Assembly (NCBI GenBank): GCA_963762565.1
Contig: CAVXLD010000003.1
Span: forward strand, 1-64,000
Length of the DNA stretch: 64,000 nt
Direction of reading: 5' to 3'
DNA from: an uncultured Verrucomicrobiae bacterium
GTDB taxonomy: Bacteria > Verrucomicrobiota > Verrucomicrobiia > Chthoniobacterales > JAFAMB01
The position numbers and the translations under genes were made by a program. The notes under the pieces are model-generated. The model saw nothing but the letters and a program-made list of their open reading frames with translations. It was not told the DNA's origin and did not search any database. How positions within the stretch are numbered: position 1 is the stretch's first letter; every line of letters starts with the position of its first letter. Below are positions 13,817 to 23,885 of the stretch, piece after piece.

Positions 13817-14704
13817 TTAGCTTTTGTCCCAATGGCGGGCAATCTTGCTCGCGAACTGGCGCGACTTTTGGCGCCAGATTCTCCGACCAAGCGGTACGGC
13901 AGCTCGCCGAAGTTTGCCGGTCTGGCTATCTAAGCAACCAACAACGCGCTGCACCGTTTCCCGGCCGCCGAACGCGTCCGGCGATTTATTTAGCCTTGCT
14001 CGCAAAACTGCCACGTCGTGGTCGACACCAATCTGATCTTGAAATTCGGCGAGGCGCTCAATTAGTCGATGGAGCTGGCTGGGCCAGACGGATTCCAGAA
14101 ACTGCAGCCCATAGTACAGATTCTTAGCCCGGATACGCCAGCGATGAAATGCGCTATCTTGCCCTTGCTCAATAGCGACTTTCATTCGCTTACGACCCTG
14201 TCGATATATAGCTCGCAAACCGGTCTCGAGGATCTCTCGTTCTGTCCCGCGCAATTTTAACCGGTGAAAATTGCGCCTGGTTTGTTCGAGACGACGTCTG
14301 ACCTCAGCCATGGTAAGGTCAAGATCATTTGGGAGCTCAACTTGTTTCTCAAATCCAGAGAGAACAGATCGCACGGCGTCTTCATCGCTTTGGTTCGAAA
14401 CCGGTAGCTTCTTCAGAGTTCCCCGAGCAACTTCAGCGTCGCGTGCGAAAGACAAAAGTCCAGCGGCACTTTTTAGGCGCGTGTTCTCATTGTTGAAGAA
14501 TACCGGATTGAGAGCGGGCCGAATCAAACGCAGCAAGGCTCTTAACCTCTTGATGGTGGTGCGAACTAGGTGAACACCTTGGTCACCGTTGAGAGACGGG
14601 TAGGCCGACCTTTCCGTGACCGAATCGGTGAGGACATCAACGGCTCGGAGTAACCCGGCCCGCATCGTCTCGTGGCCATGAAGTGAAATATTTGGTGGTA
14701 TCAT
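13817..14704 (-). CDS. CHAD domain protein (polyphosphate-binding family)
   Basis: VHLVRTTIKRLRALLRL, ARDAEV, FHRWRIRAKNLYY, QDQIGVDHD. Confidence 0.9.
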   Translation of the reverse strand: MIPPNISLHGHETMRAGLLRAVDVLTDSVTERSAYPSLNGDQGVHLVRTTIKRLRALLRLIRPALNPVFFNNENTRLKSAAGLLSFARDAEVARGTLKKLPVSNQSDEDAVRSVLSGFEKQVELPNDLDLTMAEVRRRLEQTRRNFHRLKLRGTEREILETGLRAIYRQGRKRMKVAIEQGQDSAFHRWRIRAKNLYYGLQFLESVWPSQLHRLIERLAEFQDQIGVDHDVAVLRARLNKSPDAFGGRETVQRVVGCLDSQTGKLRRAAVPLGRRIWRQKSRQFASKIARHWDKS

Positions 14705-14995
14705 TCCTGAACGGCGCTGCGCGCTTCGCGATCATTTCGTATGGCTGAATTTCTATCGAGTGCTGATCCAAAAGCGGTCTCGCGCGATCAAGGATGTTGC
14801 GTTCTCTAACTGCGGCCCGTTACACTTGGCGCCGGGTTGGAGAGTTGTTCTCTGTCTTCGGCTGGTTAAAGCCTTTAGATTGGTCGCCAAATCGTTGTAA
14901 CTGAGCCTGGAGAGCTAACTGCGAGAAGGCGCGTGGTATGTGGTGAATGTTAACCGTTGCGCCTTATTAGCGGTCGCGCTAGTGGCTCCCCGTTG

Positions 14996-15307
14996 TTATC
15001 TTCGGTTCGTGCGGAAAAAGAGAAGAAGCACACTCAGCAGGAAGCCCGCCGCGAATGCGATTATAATCTTATTTAACGGCTGATTTCGGAGGTAAACTAC
15101 CACCTGGGATTGTAGATTCTTTGCTCTTGACGTGGCGTCGGTCCACGCCTCCTCCGTCGCTCCCTGTGCGTCGTGTATCGTTTTTCGCGCTGCACGACCA
15201 ATTTCATCCGCGGTCGCGGTTGCTTGCGTCTTCGCGTTTTCAATCGCAGTCACTACCTGATCCTTTACATCGTCGGCTGCTCTCTGAAGATTATTTGTTG
15301 TGGTCAT
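14996..15307 (-). CDS. DUF883/ElaB/YqjD-like tail-anchored stress protein
   Basis: Helical N-terminus, YLRNQPL followed by a C-terminal TM helix and basic tail; paralog at 27180-27527. Confidence 0.7.
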   Translation of the reverse strand: MTTTNNLQRAADDVKDQVVTAIENAKTQATATADEIGRAARKTIHDAQGATEEAWTDATSRAKNLQSQVVVYLRNQPLNKIIIAFAAGFLLSVLLLFFRTNRR

Positions 15308-15502
15308 AGAATGTCTTTCATGTTCAAAGGGGTGTGCTGCGGCTCACTATTTATCTTGACGTTGACGGCGCAACCGCTGTGTTTCGCTTATCCGACTGTT
15401 CTCCTTTTGGTTCTGTATTCAGATCGGCTCGGGTTGTTGGTATTCGCTGCAGGGCGAAACTGTGAGACACCAAACCATCGGACCGCGCGATCAGATTTTC
15501 CT

Positions 15503-15540
15503 ATACCCTTTTCGACGCGTTACCGTTTTCTTTAGGTATG
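15503..15540 (-). promoter_or_regulatory. CATA-N30-GTAT element copy 5
   Basis: Sense CATACCTAAAGAAAACGGTAACGCGTCGAAAAGGGTAT. Confidence 0.75.
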
Positions 15541-16182
15541 GGACAGCACTTATTCGGATAGTCGCTTTGTGGCCGTCATTAGCCCAACCTTTTCCGATCT
15601 GGCGGCCAAAGTGCGCCCCGCAGGAAGGCCAGAATAGCTATGCTGTCGACTAGTCCAACGCGTTTCCTGTCTTTTAAAATAGTTCGACCGGACCCACTGA
15701 GCGCTCGCTTCGTGAGACTCAAAGGTAACAGTAACTCATCGATAACGGTATAGCAGAAGCCGGTGAAGCGGATCGAGTATACGGGTTGCGCTCATGTAAT
15801 GGCACCAAAAAGGCGTCCGTTGTCCTGAATGCCGACGGCGAGGAAAAGATCGGCGAGACGTTCGACTTCGCGCCCGGAAAGATTCACACCCAGGCGAACA
15901 ACCTCGGGCGTGTCGTTGTCGTATCCCCAAACGCAGAAACCGTATCTGGACGGTTCAGCGGCGACCCATCGACTTCCGTCATGACGCCACCGCTCCGGTC
16001 GCCCACTGTGCCCGCCGAGGCAGAAACCATTCGGCATTGCGTCAGAGTATTCCGGCCAAAGTAAGGGCAGCTTCGCGATCATTCCATATGGCTGAATTTC
16101 TATCGAGTGCTGATCCAAAAGCGACCTCCCGCGATCAAAGGATGCTGCGTTCTCCTTTAGAATGTTCTTCATAAGATTCATA

Positions 16183-16429
16183 TCATCCTTCGTAGTTTTC
16201 GACGATCTCCGGCTGCCGCATTATCCGCGTCATTCGGATCTCCCCCGGCATCGCGCAGGGCCTGGCGCTGGCGCAATAGGTCCCAGCATTGATCCAATTC
16301 AACATTGATTTCTGACAGGCGCGTATGATCGGTATCGGTGGGCACCTCTTGCTCGGACAGGCGGCGCTCGTCCATCGTGAGACGCTGAATCGATTTAAGG
16401 ATGGGCTGATCCGTGGTTTCGGTTTTCAT
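16183..16429 (-). pseudogene. DUF2630 family protein, frameshifted near the C-terminus
   Basis: VELDQCWDLLRQRQALRDAGGDP; the expected tail MRQPEIVENYEG* lies in another frame. Confidence 0.8.
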
Positions 16430-16680
16430 AATGATTTGCTTTCGTTTGGCTCTCGATCTCCGCACTAACGACTTCGGAGCACAATTCTGCATAAAACGTG
16501 GCCTGCAGCGCGGAGACGGATTCGAGGCGACGACTCTTCCTCTAAGAGATTTTTGTTTTGGATAGGAGGTTTCCTTTTACATCATCACTAGCTGCGCTTT
16601 CATAGATACCTTGTTCTAAACGAACTGGGGCAACAGAGTAGCCTCGCACGAAGTTTCGTCCCTCGGAGGGCGTAACACGC

Positions 16681-16719
16681 ATACCTATTTCGAAGTGTTG
16701 CTAGTGTGTCTTCCGTATG
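16681..16719 (-). promoter_or_regulatory. CATA-N31-GTAT element copy 6
   Basis: Sense CATACGGAAGACACACTAGCAACACTTCGAAATAGGTAT. Confidence 0.7.
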
Positions 16720-16948
16720 AAAAAGCCGAAGGCTCGCAGGGGCCGATTGCGAGGGGATAGGCCGAGACTCAATTCACAAGTTGATGCATCTTAACGAAGA
16801 GGCGCTCGCGGGCATGATGCTCATGCCCGTCGGGTATGGCAGTTGCCCATATTAACAATCATCGCTCTGGACAAAACAGCTGGTAACAACACCTCCGGCG
16901 GCTATCTTTTAAGACTCCACGATTTGGGATTATCATTCTCGCTTCCGT

Positions 16949-16986
16949 GATACGTAAAGGTCGTGCTAACCCGTGGATAAGGGTAT
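16949..16986 (+). promoter_or_regulatory. GATA-N30-GTAT element copy 7
   Basis: GATACGTAAAGGTCGTGCTAACCCGTGGATAAGGGTAT, 35 bp upstream of a micro-ORF. Confidence 0.7.
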
Positions 16987-17021
16987 GGGAGTAGTTGATT
17001 AAACAGGACGAGAGTTGCTGC

Positions 17022-17102
17022 ATGAGTACCATACTTATTATCATCGTCCTTGTAATCCTATTTGGTGGCGGAGGCGGTTATTGGTTTTCGCGACGCCGGT
17101 AA
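17022..17102 (+). CDS. 26-aa membrane microprotein (DUF3309-like), below the ORF-track cutoff
   Basis: MSTILIIIVLVILFGGGGGYWFSRRR*: TM helix, Gly-rich GGGY and basic tail, directly after element copy 7. Confidence 0.7.
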   Translation: MSTILIIIVLVILFGGGGGYWFSRRR

Positions 17103-17344
17103 AACGAAAAGGCCTCCGGACGCTGGGAGCGCACCTCTACGTCTTAATAGCGAAGAGCCGGGCAGATTGACTTTCGCTGGATCGTACCGCAACAATTCAC
17201 CAGGGTCTCGTCGCACTGGGTGCTACTCGTATTCTGACCATCCATGGGGGATGCACCTGATTTTCAGAAAGCCGCGCAGGGTTAGGAATTGGGAAGTAAA
17301 TCCAATTGGACAACATTCAATGGAACAAATGAACGCAGAGAGAC

Positions 17345-17758
17345 CAAGTTGGCGGCACGCGCGAGTGAGCGATTTGGCGCGCCAGCAATCATTGCGACCG
17401 GCGCAGCAATTGCGGCTGCGGGGTGCGTTACCCTCATCGGCATCGATCGGGGCACAAATTATTGGTTGATATGCGTGCAGCTTGTTGCGATCGGTGGCGG
17501 CTTGGGACTTTTGGTACCGCCTCTCACGTCAACGCTGCTCGGCAGCGCAGAAAAGGCGCGTTCAAAGGGATCGCGGCTGGTGTTCTCAACGCCACGAGAC
17601 AAACAGGCAGCGTCCTGGGCGTAGCCCTGTTTGGATCGCTGGCAGCTCGGGAGAACGCGTTTATTACCGGCGCTCGAGAATCACTGATTATCTCCGCGAT
17701 ACTTCTACTAGGCGCAGCGATAACCATTGTGATCGGCGGCCACAATCAGAAGAAATAA
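17345..17758 (+). pseudogene. C-terminal remnant of an EmrB/QacA-type MFS transporter, frameshifted
   Basis: GGGLGLLVPPLTSTLLGS in one frame and GIAAGVLNATRQTGSVLGVALFGSL in another; no N-terminal half. Confidence 0.75.
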
Positions 17759-17956
17759 TATTCCGATCGCTGACCGGTATTGGCACGGCGGCCGTATCCA
17801 CCCGCTAGGCCCCCTGCGATCCTCGGGAGACGGTTTGACCCGCCGCGCTTGTAAATAGAAGTCGCCGTCTGACTTCGAAAACGCGACAACCTCGAATAAC
17901 TCATGGCGCAATTTGGACGGATCTCTCAGCGTTCAAATTCTGGCGCAAAATGGGTG

Positions 17957-19084
17957 TTATCGAATCACTTTTTCGGTTTCGACATCAAACAAAGAGACCT
18001 TTTCGAGGTCGAGCTGGACGGTGACTTGTTCACCCAAATGAAATAGATGTTCGCCGTGAATTCGAGCGATCAGGTTACCTGTGCCTGCCTTCAGGTACAC
18101 CAGCGACTCCGAACCCATCGGTTCGGCGATATCAACGGTCAAAGTAACCGGCACACTGGATCCCTCCTTCGGTTCGTTACTGATGTGTTCGGGACGAATG
18201 CCGAAAACGATTTCTTTATCGATGTATCTATTCGCGAGAGGTTCCAGGCGGCTTTTGAGAGGGAATGTCAGAGCGTCTTTCTCGCCCGCTTCTACAAAGA
18301 ATAAACCGCCATCGCGCCGTTGGACCTTCCCTTTGAGGAGGTTCATTGGCGGACCACCAATGAAGCCCGCCACAAAGAGATTTTCGGGCTGCCGGTAAAG
18401 AGTCAGGGGATCGGCTACCTGCATGATGAGGCCGTCTCGCATGACGCAGATGCGATCACCCATGGTCATCGCTTCGATCTGGTCGTGGGTCACGTAAATC
18501 ATTGTGGAACCCAGCTCAGCGTGCAAGCGGGAGATCTCCGAGCGCATCTGGACACGCATCTTCGCGTCCAGGTTGGACAACGGCTCGTCGAAGAGGAATA
18601 CAATCGGACTTCGCACGATAGCGCGACCGAGAGCAACGCGCTGGCGCTGACCGCCCGAGAGCGCGCTTGGTTTGCGATCCAGCATGTGGTCGAGACCGAG
18701 CGCCTTTGCGGTTCGTCCTACGGTTTCCAAAATGAAATTCTTTTTCTTCTTTGCCAATTGAAGGCCGAACGCCATGTTGTTGAAGATGGTCATGTGTGGA
18801 TAGAGCGCATAGTTCTGGAAGACCATCGCTATCCCGCGATCTTTCGGTTCAAGCTCATTCACTACCCGGCTACCGATCGAGATCGTCCCGCTCGTTATCT
18901 TTTCAAGACCGGCGACCATACGAAGAGTAGTCGACTTTCCGCACCCCGAAGGTCCGACAAGGACCATGAATTCTCCGTTCTCGACGTGCAGGCTGATATT
19001 CTTAACTGCTGTGAATGTTGCGCGGCCCCGGTCATCCACATAGGTCTTCACCAAATCCTTGATTTCTACGGCACCTTCACTCAT
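17957..19084 (-). CDS. Orphan sugar-type ABC ATPase (MalK/UgpC/MsiK family)
   Basis: [46 protein letters not shown]-terminal TOBE region. Confidence 0.93.
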   Translation of the reverse strand: MSEGAVEIKDLVKTYVDDRGRATFTAVKNISLHVENGEFMVLVGPSGCGKSTTLRMVAGLEKITSGTISIGSRVVNELEPKDRGIAMVFQNYALYPHMTIFNNMAFGLQLAKKKKNFILETVGRTAKALGLDHMLDRKPSALSGGQRQRVALGRAIVRSPIVFLFDEPLSNLDAKMRVQMRSEISRLHAELGSTMIYVTHDQIEAMTMGDRICVMRDGLIMQVADPLTLYRQPENLFVAGFIGGPPMNLLKGKVQRRDGGLFFVEAGEKDALTFPLKSRLEPLANRYIDKEIVFGIRPEHISNEPKEGSSVPVTLTVDIAEPMGSESLVYLKAGTGNLIARIHGEHLFHLGEQVTVQLDLEKVSLFDVETEKVIR

Positions 19085-19256
19085 ACATTTCGTTCTTGGG
19101 GGTTTTATCCTTCTCTTGCACCTCGGCAGATGAACCACCCCTCCCGGCAAAGGCATTTGCCTCGTTAGCCGAGACTCCGGTGCGAAGCCTCGCATCAGGC
19201 CAGCTGTCTAGAGCATAAAGACACGACTAACTTACCCGTGCCTCTGAACCTCTCTA

Positions 19257-19294
19257 ACACTCTTTTCGAAGTGTTCCGATTGCTTTCAGCTATC
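19257..19294 (-). promoter_or_regulatory. GATA-N30-GTGT element copy 8
   Basis: Sense GATAGCTGAAAGCAATCGGAACACTTCGAAAAGAGTGT. Confidence 0.7.
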
Positions 19295-19313
19295 GCAGAA
19301 ATTTACGGAGAGA

Positions 19314-19628
19314 TCACTTTCTCCGGATTAGGACAATACCCTCCGCTGGAAGAGAAGAAGGAGTGGGATCCAAGAAAATCGCGGGCGTATTTTCGAAGAA
19401 ATTAAAAAATTGGTGATTCAGAAAGTGCTCTTTAAAAAACGAATGCCCTTGATAATCGCCTTGAAATTCAGGCCCGCTCCAGACCCAACACTGATATTGG
19501 TCACTCCAAGTCCAGTACGAATCACTCGTTGCCGGGCGCAACGTAATCCTAACCGGCTGAGCTAGTGTCTTCGAAGTTAGACCTGCAAATACGCTTAGAG
19601 CGCACAAGCTAATCAAAATAGTTTTCAT
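19314..19628 (-). CDS. Small secreted Trp-rich hypothetical protein (3' end possibly degenerate)
   Basis: Signal-peptide-like MKTILISLCALSVFAGLTSKTLA, then YWTWSDQYQCWVW. Confidence 0.5.
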   Translation of the reverse strand: MKTILISLCALSVFAGLTSKTLAQPVRITLRPATSDSYWTWSDQYQCWVWSGPEFQGDYQGHSFFKEHFLNHQFFNFFENTPAIFLDPTPSSLPAEGIVLIRRK

Positions 19629-19706
19629 AAGTCGCGGCCTCCAGTCAGGTGAGGAATACGGCATGGCAGACGCAATGAATCTCACCCGATTAGATTACCG
19701 GCACGC

Positions 19707-19744
19707 ATACTCTTATCAACGCGTTGCCGTTGCCTTTGCGTATG
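19707..19744 (-). promoter_or_regulatory. CATA-N30-GTAT element copy 9
   Basis: Sense CATACGCAAAGGCAACGGCAACGCGTTGATAAGAGTAT. Confidence 0.75.
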
Positions 19745-19756
19745 ACAAAAGCTAGG

Positions 19757-19948
19757 CCTTCGACGTATATTTAGCGACGTGAGTAAGGGACGACCCGAAG
19801 CGACAGCTGTGGGCGGCTCTCGCTAAAAAGGAAAGGCGGCGTCGAGCGCCGCCTTTATTCAGTCAGTACGAATTCTTACTTGGAACCGTGTTCTGCCGGC
19901 GTGAAGGGTCAGACTTTAGCTTCGACGTCGATTGATTTGGCTAACACG
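19757..19948. repeat. Copy B of the yciF 3' end + terminator segment
   Basis: Matches 1034-1218, including hairpin aaaggcggcgtcgagcgccgccttt. Confidence 0.85.
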
Positions 19949-20068
19949 TTCCATAGTCCAATCGGGGAAGCAGGATCGATTGCATAAATTGCGGTCACTC
20001 CAAACCAGCAGGTAGCCAACGCTGAGAGCAGGTAGGGAAGTCGCGAGGCATCATTGGGTGACTTTTGT

Positions 20069-20106
20069 CATACGTAAAAGTGACAGCAACGCTTCGAGAA
20101 CGGTAT
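20069..20106 (+). promoter_or_regulatory. CATA-N30-GTAT element copy 10
   Basis: CATACGTAAAAGTGACAGCAACGCTTCGAGAACGGTAT(TGGAC). Confidence 0.75.
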
Positions 20107-20158
20107 TGGACAACCTCGCGGATTGCTGGGAAAGTTATTTTTATACAGTCAGGTACTT

Positions 20159-20449
20159 ATGCTGCTTAGAAATTCCGGTACGATCTACGAAAAGGAGCAC
20201 GACAAGATTGACTCGGAACTTTCTTATTCTTCTAGCCTGGAGGCGGCAATGAACCTGATCCTGGAACATCCCACCTTTGTGGGCGAGCGAGCAACGCCTT
20301 CGTTCAAGTTCATCAGGGCCGCAAGATTCCTCAGAGAGAACGCTCCTCACGCCTTTCAAATTCGCGAGATGGGTACCCCAGCGCCGAACAGCATGGACCG
20401 TTGGCTCTGGAACTTGTTGGAGCGGAATATCGATAATTCGATCCACTAG
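20159..20449 (+). CDS. Hypothetical protein
   Basis: ORF directly downstream of element copy 10; no family recognised. Confidence 0.45.
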   Translation: MLLRNSGTIYEKEHDKIDSELSYSSSLEAAMNLILEHPTFVGERATPSFKFIRAARFLRENAPHAFQIREMGTPAPNSMDRWLWNLLERNIDNSIH

Positions 20450-20468
20450 GTGATCTTGAGAGCAGTGT

Positions 20469-20506
20469 CATAGCCAAAGGCAACGGCAACGCGTGTAAAA
20501 GAGTAT
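20469..20506 (+). promoter_or_regulatory. CATA-N30-GTAT element copy 11
   Basis: CATAGCCAAAGGCAACGGCAACGCGTGTAAAAGAGTAT. Confidence 0.75.
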
Positions 20507-20644
20507 GCGTGTTAGCAATTGAACCGGCTGAGATTCATCATGTCTACCGAAGGTATTTATGCGTTGCGATCACCGAGAAACAGTGGACGACGTTGACGAG
20601 CACCTGCTGGCTTCTGTCGACGATAGAGAAACGGAGTTGATGAG

Positions 20645-20857
20645 ATGAGTCGTCCGGCACAAAATACAATAAACAGCTGGCGGGGAGGAGACGAGAGCGC
20701 CCGGATCGAGCCGAAATCAAGAGCGGGGACTTTACGATCGAAGATTGGAGCGTGCTACCAATCGCTATCGGGGATTCTGGCGACGTTGATCGCAGTTCTC
20801 TTTGTGAGTCTGCTCTTTTTCTTTCAAAGCGTGACGTCCTTCCTCTCAAGGAAATAG
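20645..20857 (+). CDS. Small hypothetical protein with a C-terminal TM helix
   Basis: GGAG upstream; ILATLIAVLFVSLLFFF; downstream of element copy 11. Confidence 0.5.
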   Translation: MSRPAQNTINSWRGGDESARIEPKSRAGTLRSKIGACYQSLSGILATLIAVLFVSLLFFFQSVTSFLSRK

Positions 20858-21100
20858 CAAATCAGGGAATCGCCAGTGCCCTCAATTGTCCGATCGCGCA
20901 ACGCTAGGTAGTTCGCCCACGGCGCTGAATCCGTTTTGGCCGCTACCGGGTGAAGCGCCGAAGCTTGCCTACAGTCGGGGCCGGGAAAGTCGGCGGTGGT
21001 CTTGGAGCGTTGTAAGGTTAGATCCAGCCTCAAGTCCTCCTTAGCTCGCGCCATCCAGAAACGACCAAGAGCATCAAGGAGGTTTCCTGTTACATCATCA

Positions 21101-21325
21101 CTAACTGCGGCCTGCTACAGTTGGCGCCGGGGTGGGAGAGTTGGTCTCTGTTTTCGACTGCTTCTCGCCTTTAAATTGGTTGCCAAATTGCTGTAGGTGG
21201 GCCTGGAGTGCTCCCGTTTGAGTGCGAATCTCCGCGTTAAATTCGTCACGTCGCGTGTTCGGAAGGAACAGCATTGCCACTCCGCCGATTGTCAGGCCTA
21301 ACAGAAATATGATCAACGTTTTCAT
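21101..21325 (-). CDS. Small membrane-anchored protein (YtxH-like architecture)
   Basis: MKTLIIFLLGLTIGGVAMLFLP plus a helical segment; 3' part duplicated at ~14806-14916. Confidence 0.55.
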   Translation of the reverse strand: MKTLIIFLLGLTIGGVAMLFLPNTRRDEFNAEIRTQTGALQAHLQQFGNQFKGEKQSKTETNSPTPAPTVAGRS

Positions 21326-21404
21326 AGACACTTTCTTGTAAGTGAAATGGGGCAATAGAGAGCAGCCTCGCATGAAGTTTCGTCCCTCGGAGGGCGTAAC
21401 ACGC

Positions 21405-21443
21405 ATACCTATTTCGAAGTGTTGCTAGCGCGTCTTACATATG
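21405..21443 (-). promoter_or_regulatory. CATA-N31-GTAT element copy 12
   Basis: Sense CATATGTAAGACGCGCTAGCAACACTTCGAAATAGGTAT. Confidence 0.7.
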
Positions 21444-21478
21444 AAAGAGGCGAACGCCGGCCTCGGGGGAGTTTGCCA

Positions 21479-21516
21479 ATATTCTTTTCGAAGCGTTCCG
21501 ATTGCTTTCCGTTATG
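21479..21516 (-). promoter_or_regulatory. CATA-N30-ATAT element copy 13 (tandem with copy 12)
   Basis: Sense CATAACGGAAAGCAATCGGAACGCTTCGAAAAGAATAT(TGG). Confidence 0.7.
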
Positions 21517-21594
21517 AAGAAAATTGAGCAGGGTGAGCGTAGGATATCGCACAAATAGGAAAGTTACCCCATTATTTGGGTAAGCCTCGACAAG

Positions 21595-23391
21595 ATGAAA
21601 ACGGGTTCTAAAGCAGATCGATCCAGCAAGGTGTCCGACGCGCTCGCGACCGCGGCGACACCGCCGGTCGGCGGGCGTCTCGCTCCGCAGATGTTAATGG
21701 TTTTCCAAGCGCTCATTGCGTCGCCACAGCGGAATAAGATCGTGCTGCTCGGCGTCGCCCTCTTTGCCGTCATCGGCGCTACGGCCTACGGCCAGATCAG
21801 GCTCAATGCCTGGAACCGACCATTCTACGATGCACTCGCGCACAAGGATTTTCGCGAGTTCCTTGGCCAGCTCATGGTCTTCGGAGTCATTGCCGGCGGG
21901 CTTTTGGTCTTGAACGTGGCGCAGGCCTGGCTCAACCAGGCGACCAAGGTCAAGCTACGCGAAGGACTCGTGCGCGATCTACTCAACGAGTGGCTGAAGC
22001 CTCGGCGCGCCTTTCGCCTCGTTAATGCCGGCGAGATGGGTACCAACCCAGACCAGCGCATCCACGAGGACGCTCGGCATCTGACCGAGCTGACGGCCGA
22101 TCTTGGAATCGGGCTCCTGCAGTCTTCGCTCCTTCTTGGCAGCTTCATTGGGGTTCTGTGGATCCTTTCAGGAAACGTGCCTTTGCATTTGGGCGGGCGC
22201 AGCTTCGCAATTCCCGGCTACATGGTCTGGTGCGCCCTGGCCTCCGCCGGCACTGGCTCCTGGCTCAGCTGGCGAGTCGGCCGTCCGCTGATCCAGTTCA
22301 ATGCCGAGCGCTACGCTCAGGAGGCCGAATTGCGCTTCGCGCTTGTTCACCTCAACGAGCATATTGACGCCGTGTCGCTCGCCGGCGGCGAACAGGATGA
22401 AAACCAGCGCCTGACTACCGGGCTAGAGCACGTTCTGCGCGCCATGTGGCGGATCGTCAACGCGAGCACTCGGCTCACCTGGGTCACGGCAGGCTACGGC
22501 TGGTTCACGATCATCGTGCCGATCATCGTGGCGGCTCCTGGGTACTTCGGGAGAGATCTTTCCTTCGGCGCATTGATGATGGCCGTCGGCGCCTTCAATC
22601 AAGTGCAACAGACCCTGCGGTGGTTCATCGACAATTTCAGTAACCTCGCCGACTGGCGGGCCACGCTACTGCGGATAGCGAATTTCCGCCAGATGGTGGT
22701 GAGCATGGACACACTCGGGGCGACCGAGAACCGGATCGAATTCATCGAAGCACCAGCTGGCACGATCACCTTCGAGAACTTGCAGGTCGCCACCCCCACC
22801 GGCTGCACCATGCTGAGCGAGCAGCAGGTAGAGATTACGCCGGGCGACCGCGTGCTCATCGTCGCTGAGCCCGGCACCGGCAAAACTCTTCTGTTCCGGG
22901 CGATCGCGGGCTTGTGGCCCTGGGGCTCGGGCCGGGTCGCGCTGCCGTCGTCGGATGGGGTGATGTTCATGATGCGCGAGCCGTATGTGCCGCTGGGAAC
23001 CCTGCGCGCAGCGCTGACCTATCTCTCACCCGACACCACTTACAAAGACGAGGAACTGGTAGCTGTGCTCCAGTGCGCCGGCTTGAATCGCCTTTCCTCT
23101 TCGCTCGACAGTGTCGAGCGCTGGGAAAGGGAACTCACCTATGACGAGCAGCAATGCTTGGTCTTCGCTCGTATCTTGCTGCACAAGCCGCGCTGGCTGA
23201 TTATCGACGAAGCCCTCGACGCGTTGGAGGATGACGCGCGTAAGCGCATCATTACCCTCTGCCAGGACCGGCTCAAGGATGCCGCCATTATCTACATCGG
23301 TCGCCCCGAGACTGGTAGCCACTTCTTCAAGCGCGTTTTGCATCTGATCAAAGATCCGCGCGGAAGTTGCTTCATACCCCGCCTCAGCTAA
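21595..23391 (+). CDS. ABC transporter fused permease/ATPase, YddA/BclA (ABCD-like) family
   Basis: LNAWNRPFYDAL, NPDQRIHED, EAELRFAL, GTGKT..RAIAGLWPWGSG, LIIDEA. Confidence 0.9.
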   Translation: MKTGSKADRSSKVSDALATAATPPVGGRLAPQMLMVFQALIASPQRNKIVLLGVALFAVIGATAYGQIRLNAWNRPFYDALAHKDFREFLGQLMVFGVIAGGLLVLNVAQAWLNQATKVKLREGLVRDLLNEWLKPRRAFRLVNAGEMGTNPDQRIHEDARHLTELTADLGIGLLQSSLLLGSFIGVLWILSGNVPLHLGGRSFAIPGYMVWCALASAGTGSWLSWRVGRPLIQFNAERYAQEAELRFALVHLNEHIDAVSLAGGEQDENQRLTTGLEHVLRAMWRIVNASTRLTWVTAGYGWFTIIVPIIVAAPGYFGRDLSFGALMMAVGAFNQVQQTLRWFIDNFSNLADWRATLLRIANFRQMVVSMDTLGATENRIEFIEAPAGTITFENLQVATPTGCTMLSEQQVEITPGDRVLIVAEPGTGKTLLFRAIAGLWPWGSGRVALPSSDGVMFMMREPYVPLGTLRAALTYLSPDTTYKDEELVAVLQCAGLNRLSSSLDSVERWERELTYDEQQCLVFARILLHKPRWLIIDEALDALEDDARKRIITLCQDRLKDAAIIYIGRPETGSHFFKRVLHLIKDPRGSCFIPRLS

Positions 23392-23408
23392 TCGCTGAAG
23401 GACTCTAG

Positions 23409-23679
23409 TGTCCTGTCCCATAAATAACGTGGCTTTCGTTGCGATCAAAATGGGCCGCCGGCAAGGCGCGAGGAGGGCGCATATCTAGATCGATACGTAA
23501 CCGACGAGCAACGCGGCCGCCGGCTCATTTTCATCGCAACCCTCCGGGCCCTGGCCAGTTGGCTGTTTTTCCGCGTTGCTCGCTCGACCCGTATGAACCG
23601 GATATGGGCGCTTCGCTCGCGCCTTGAAAAACAGCCAACTGACCGACGGCGAAAGTCACGTTATTTATGGGACAGGACA
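23409..23679. mobile_element. ~271-bp MITE with long TIRs, flanked by CTAG
   Basis: ctag-tgtcctgtcccataaataacgtg...cacgttatttatgggacaggaca-ctag; internal body shared with 44469-44740. Confidence 0.9.
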
Positions 23680-23885
23680 CTAGTTAGTGCTTTTGCCTTG
23701 ATTTGCCGATCCTGAAAAATGAGGACCAACGTTTTGGTTCTTCTAACCAATCTTTATTAAGGTGTTTTGCCGAATTGGTAATCGGCGCCAATAACATTTC
23801 TTACGAATTTACGAAGATCATCGGAGGGATAGTTATTGCCTTTGGTCACGGTGCCACGCCCCTTCCCATTCTTACCTAACTCTCG

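Noticed and set aside
23439..23627. ORFs within MITEs/REPs (also 44506-44721, 36008-36283, 47602-47952, 33974-34302)
   Set aside because: They derive from palindromic repeats and have no protein motifs.
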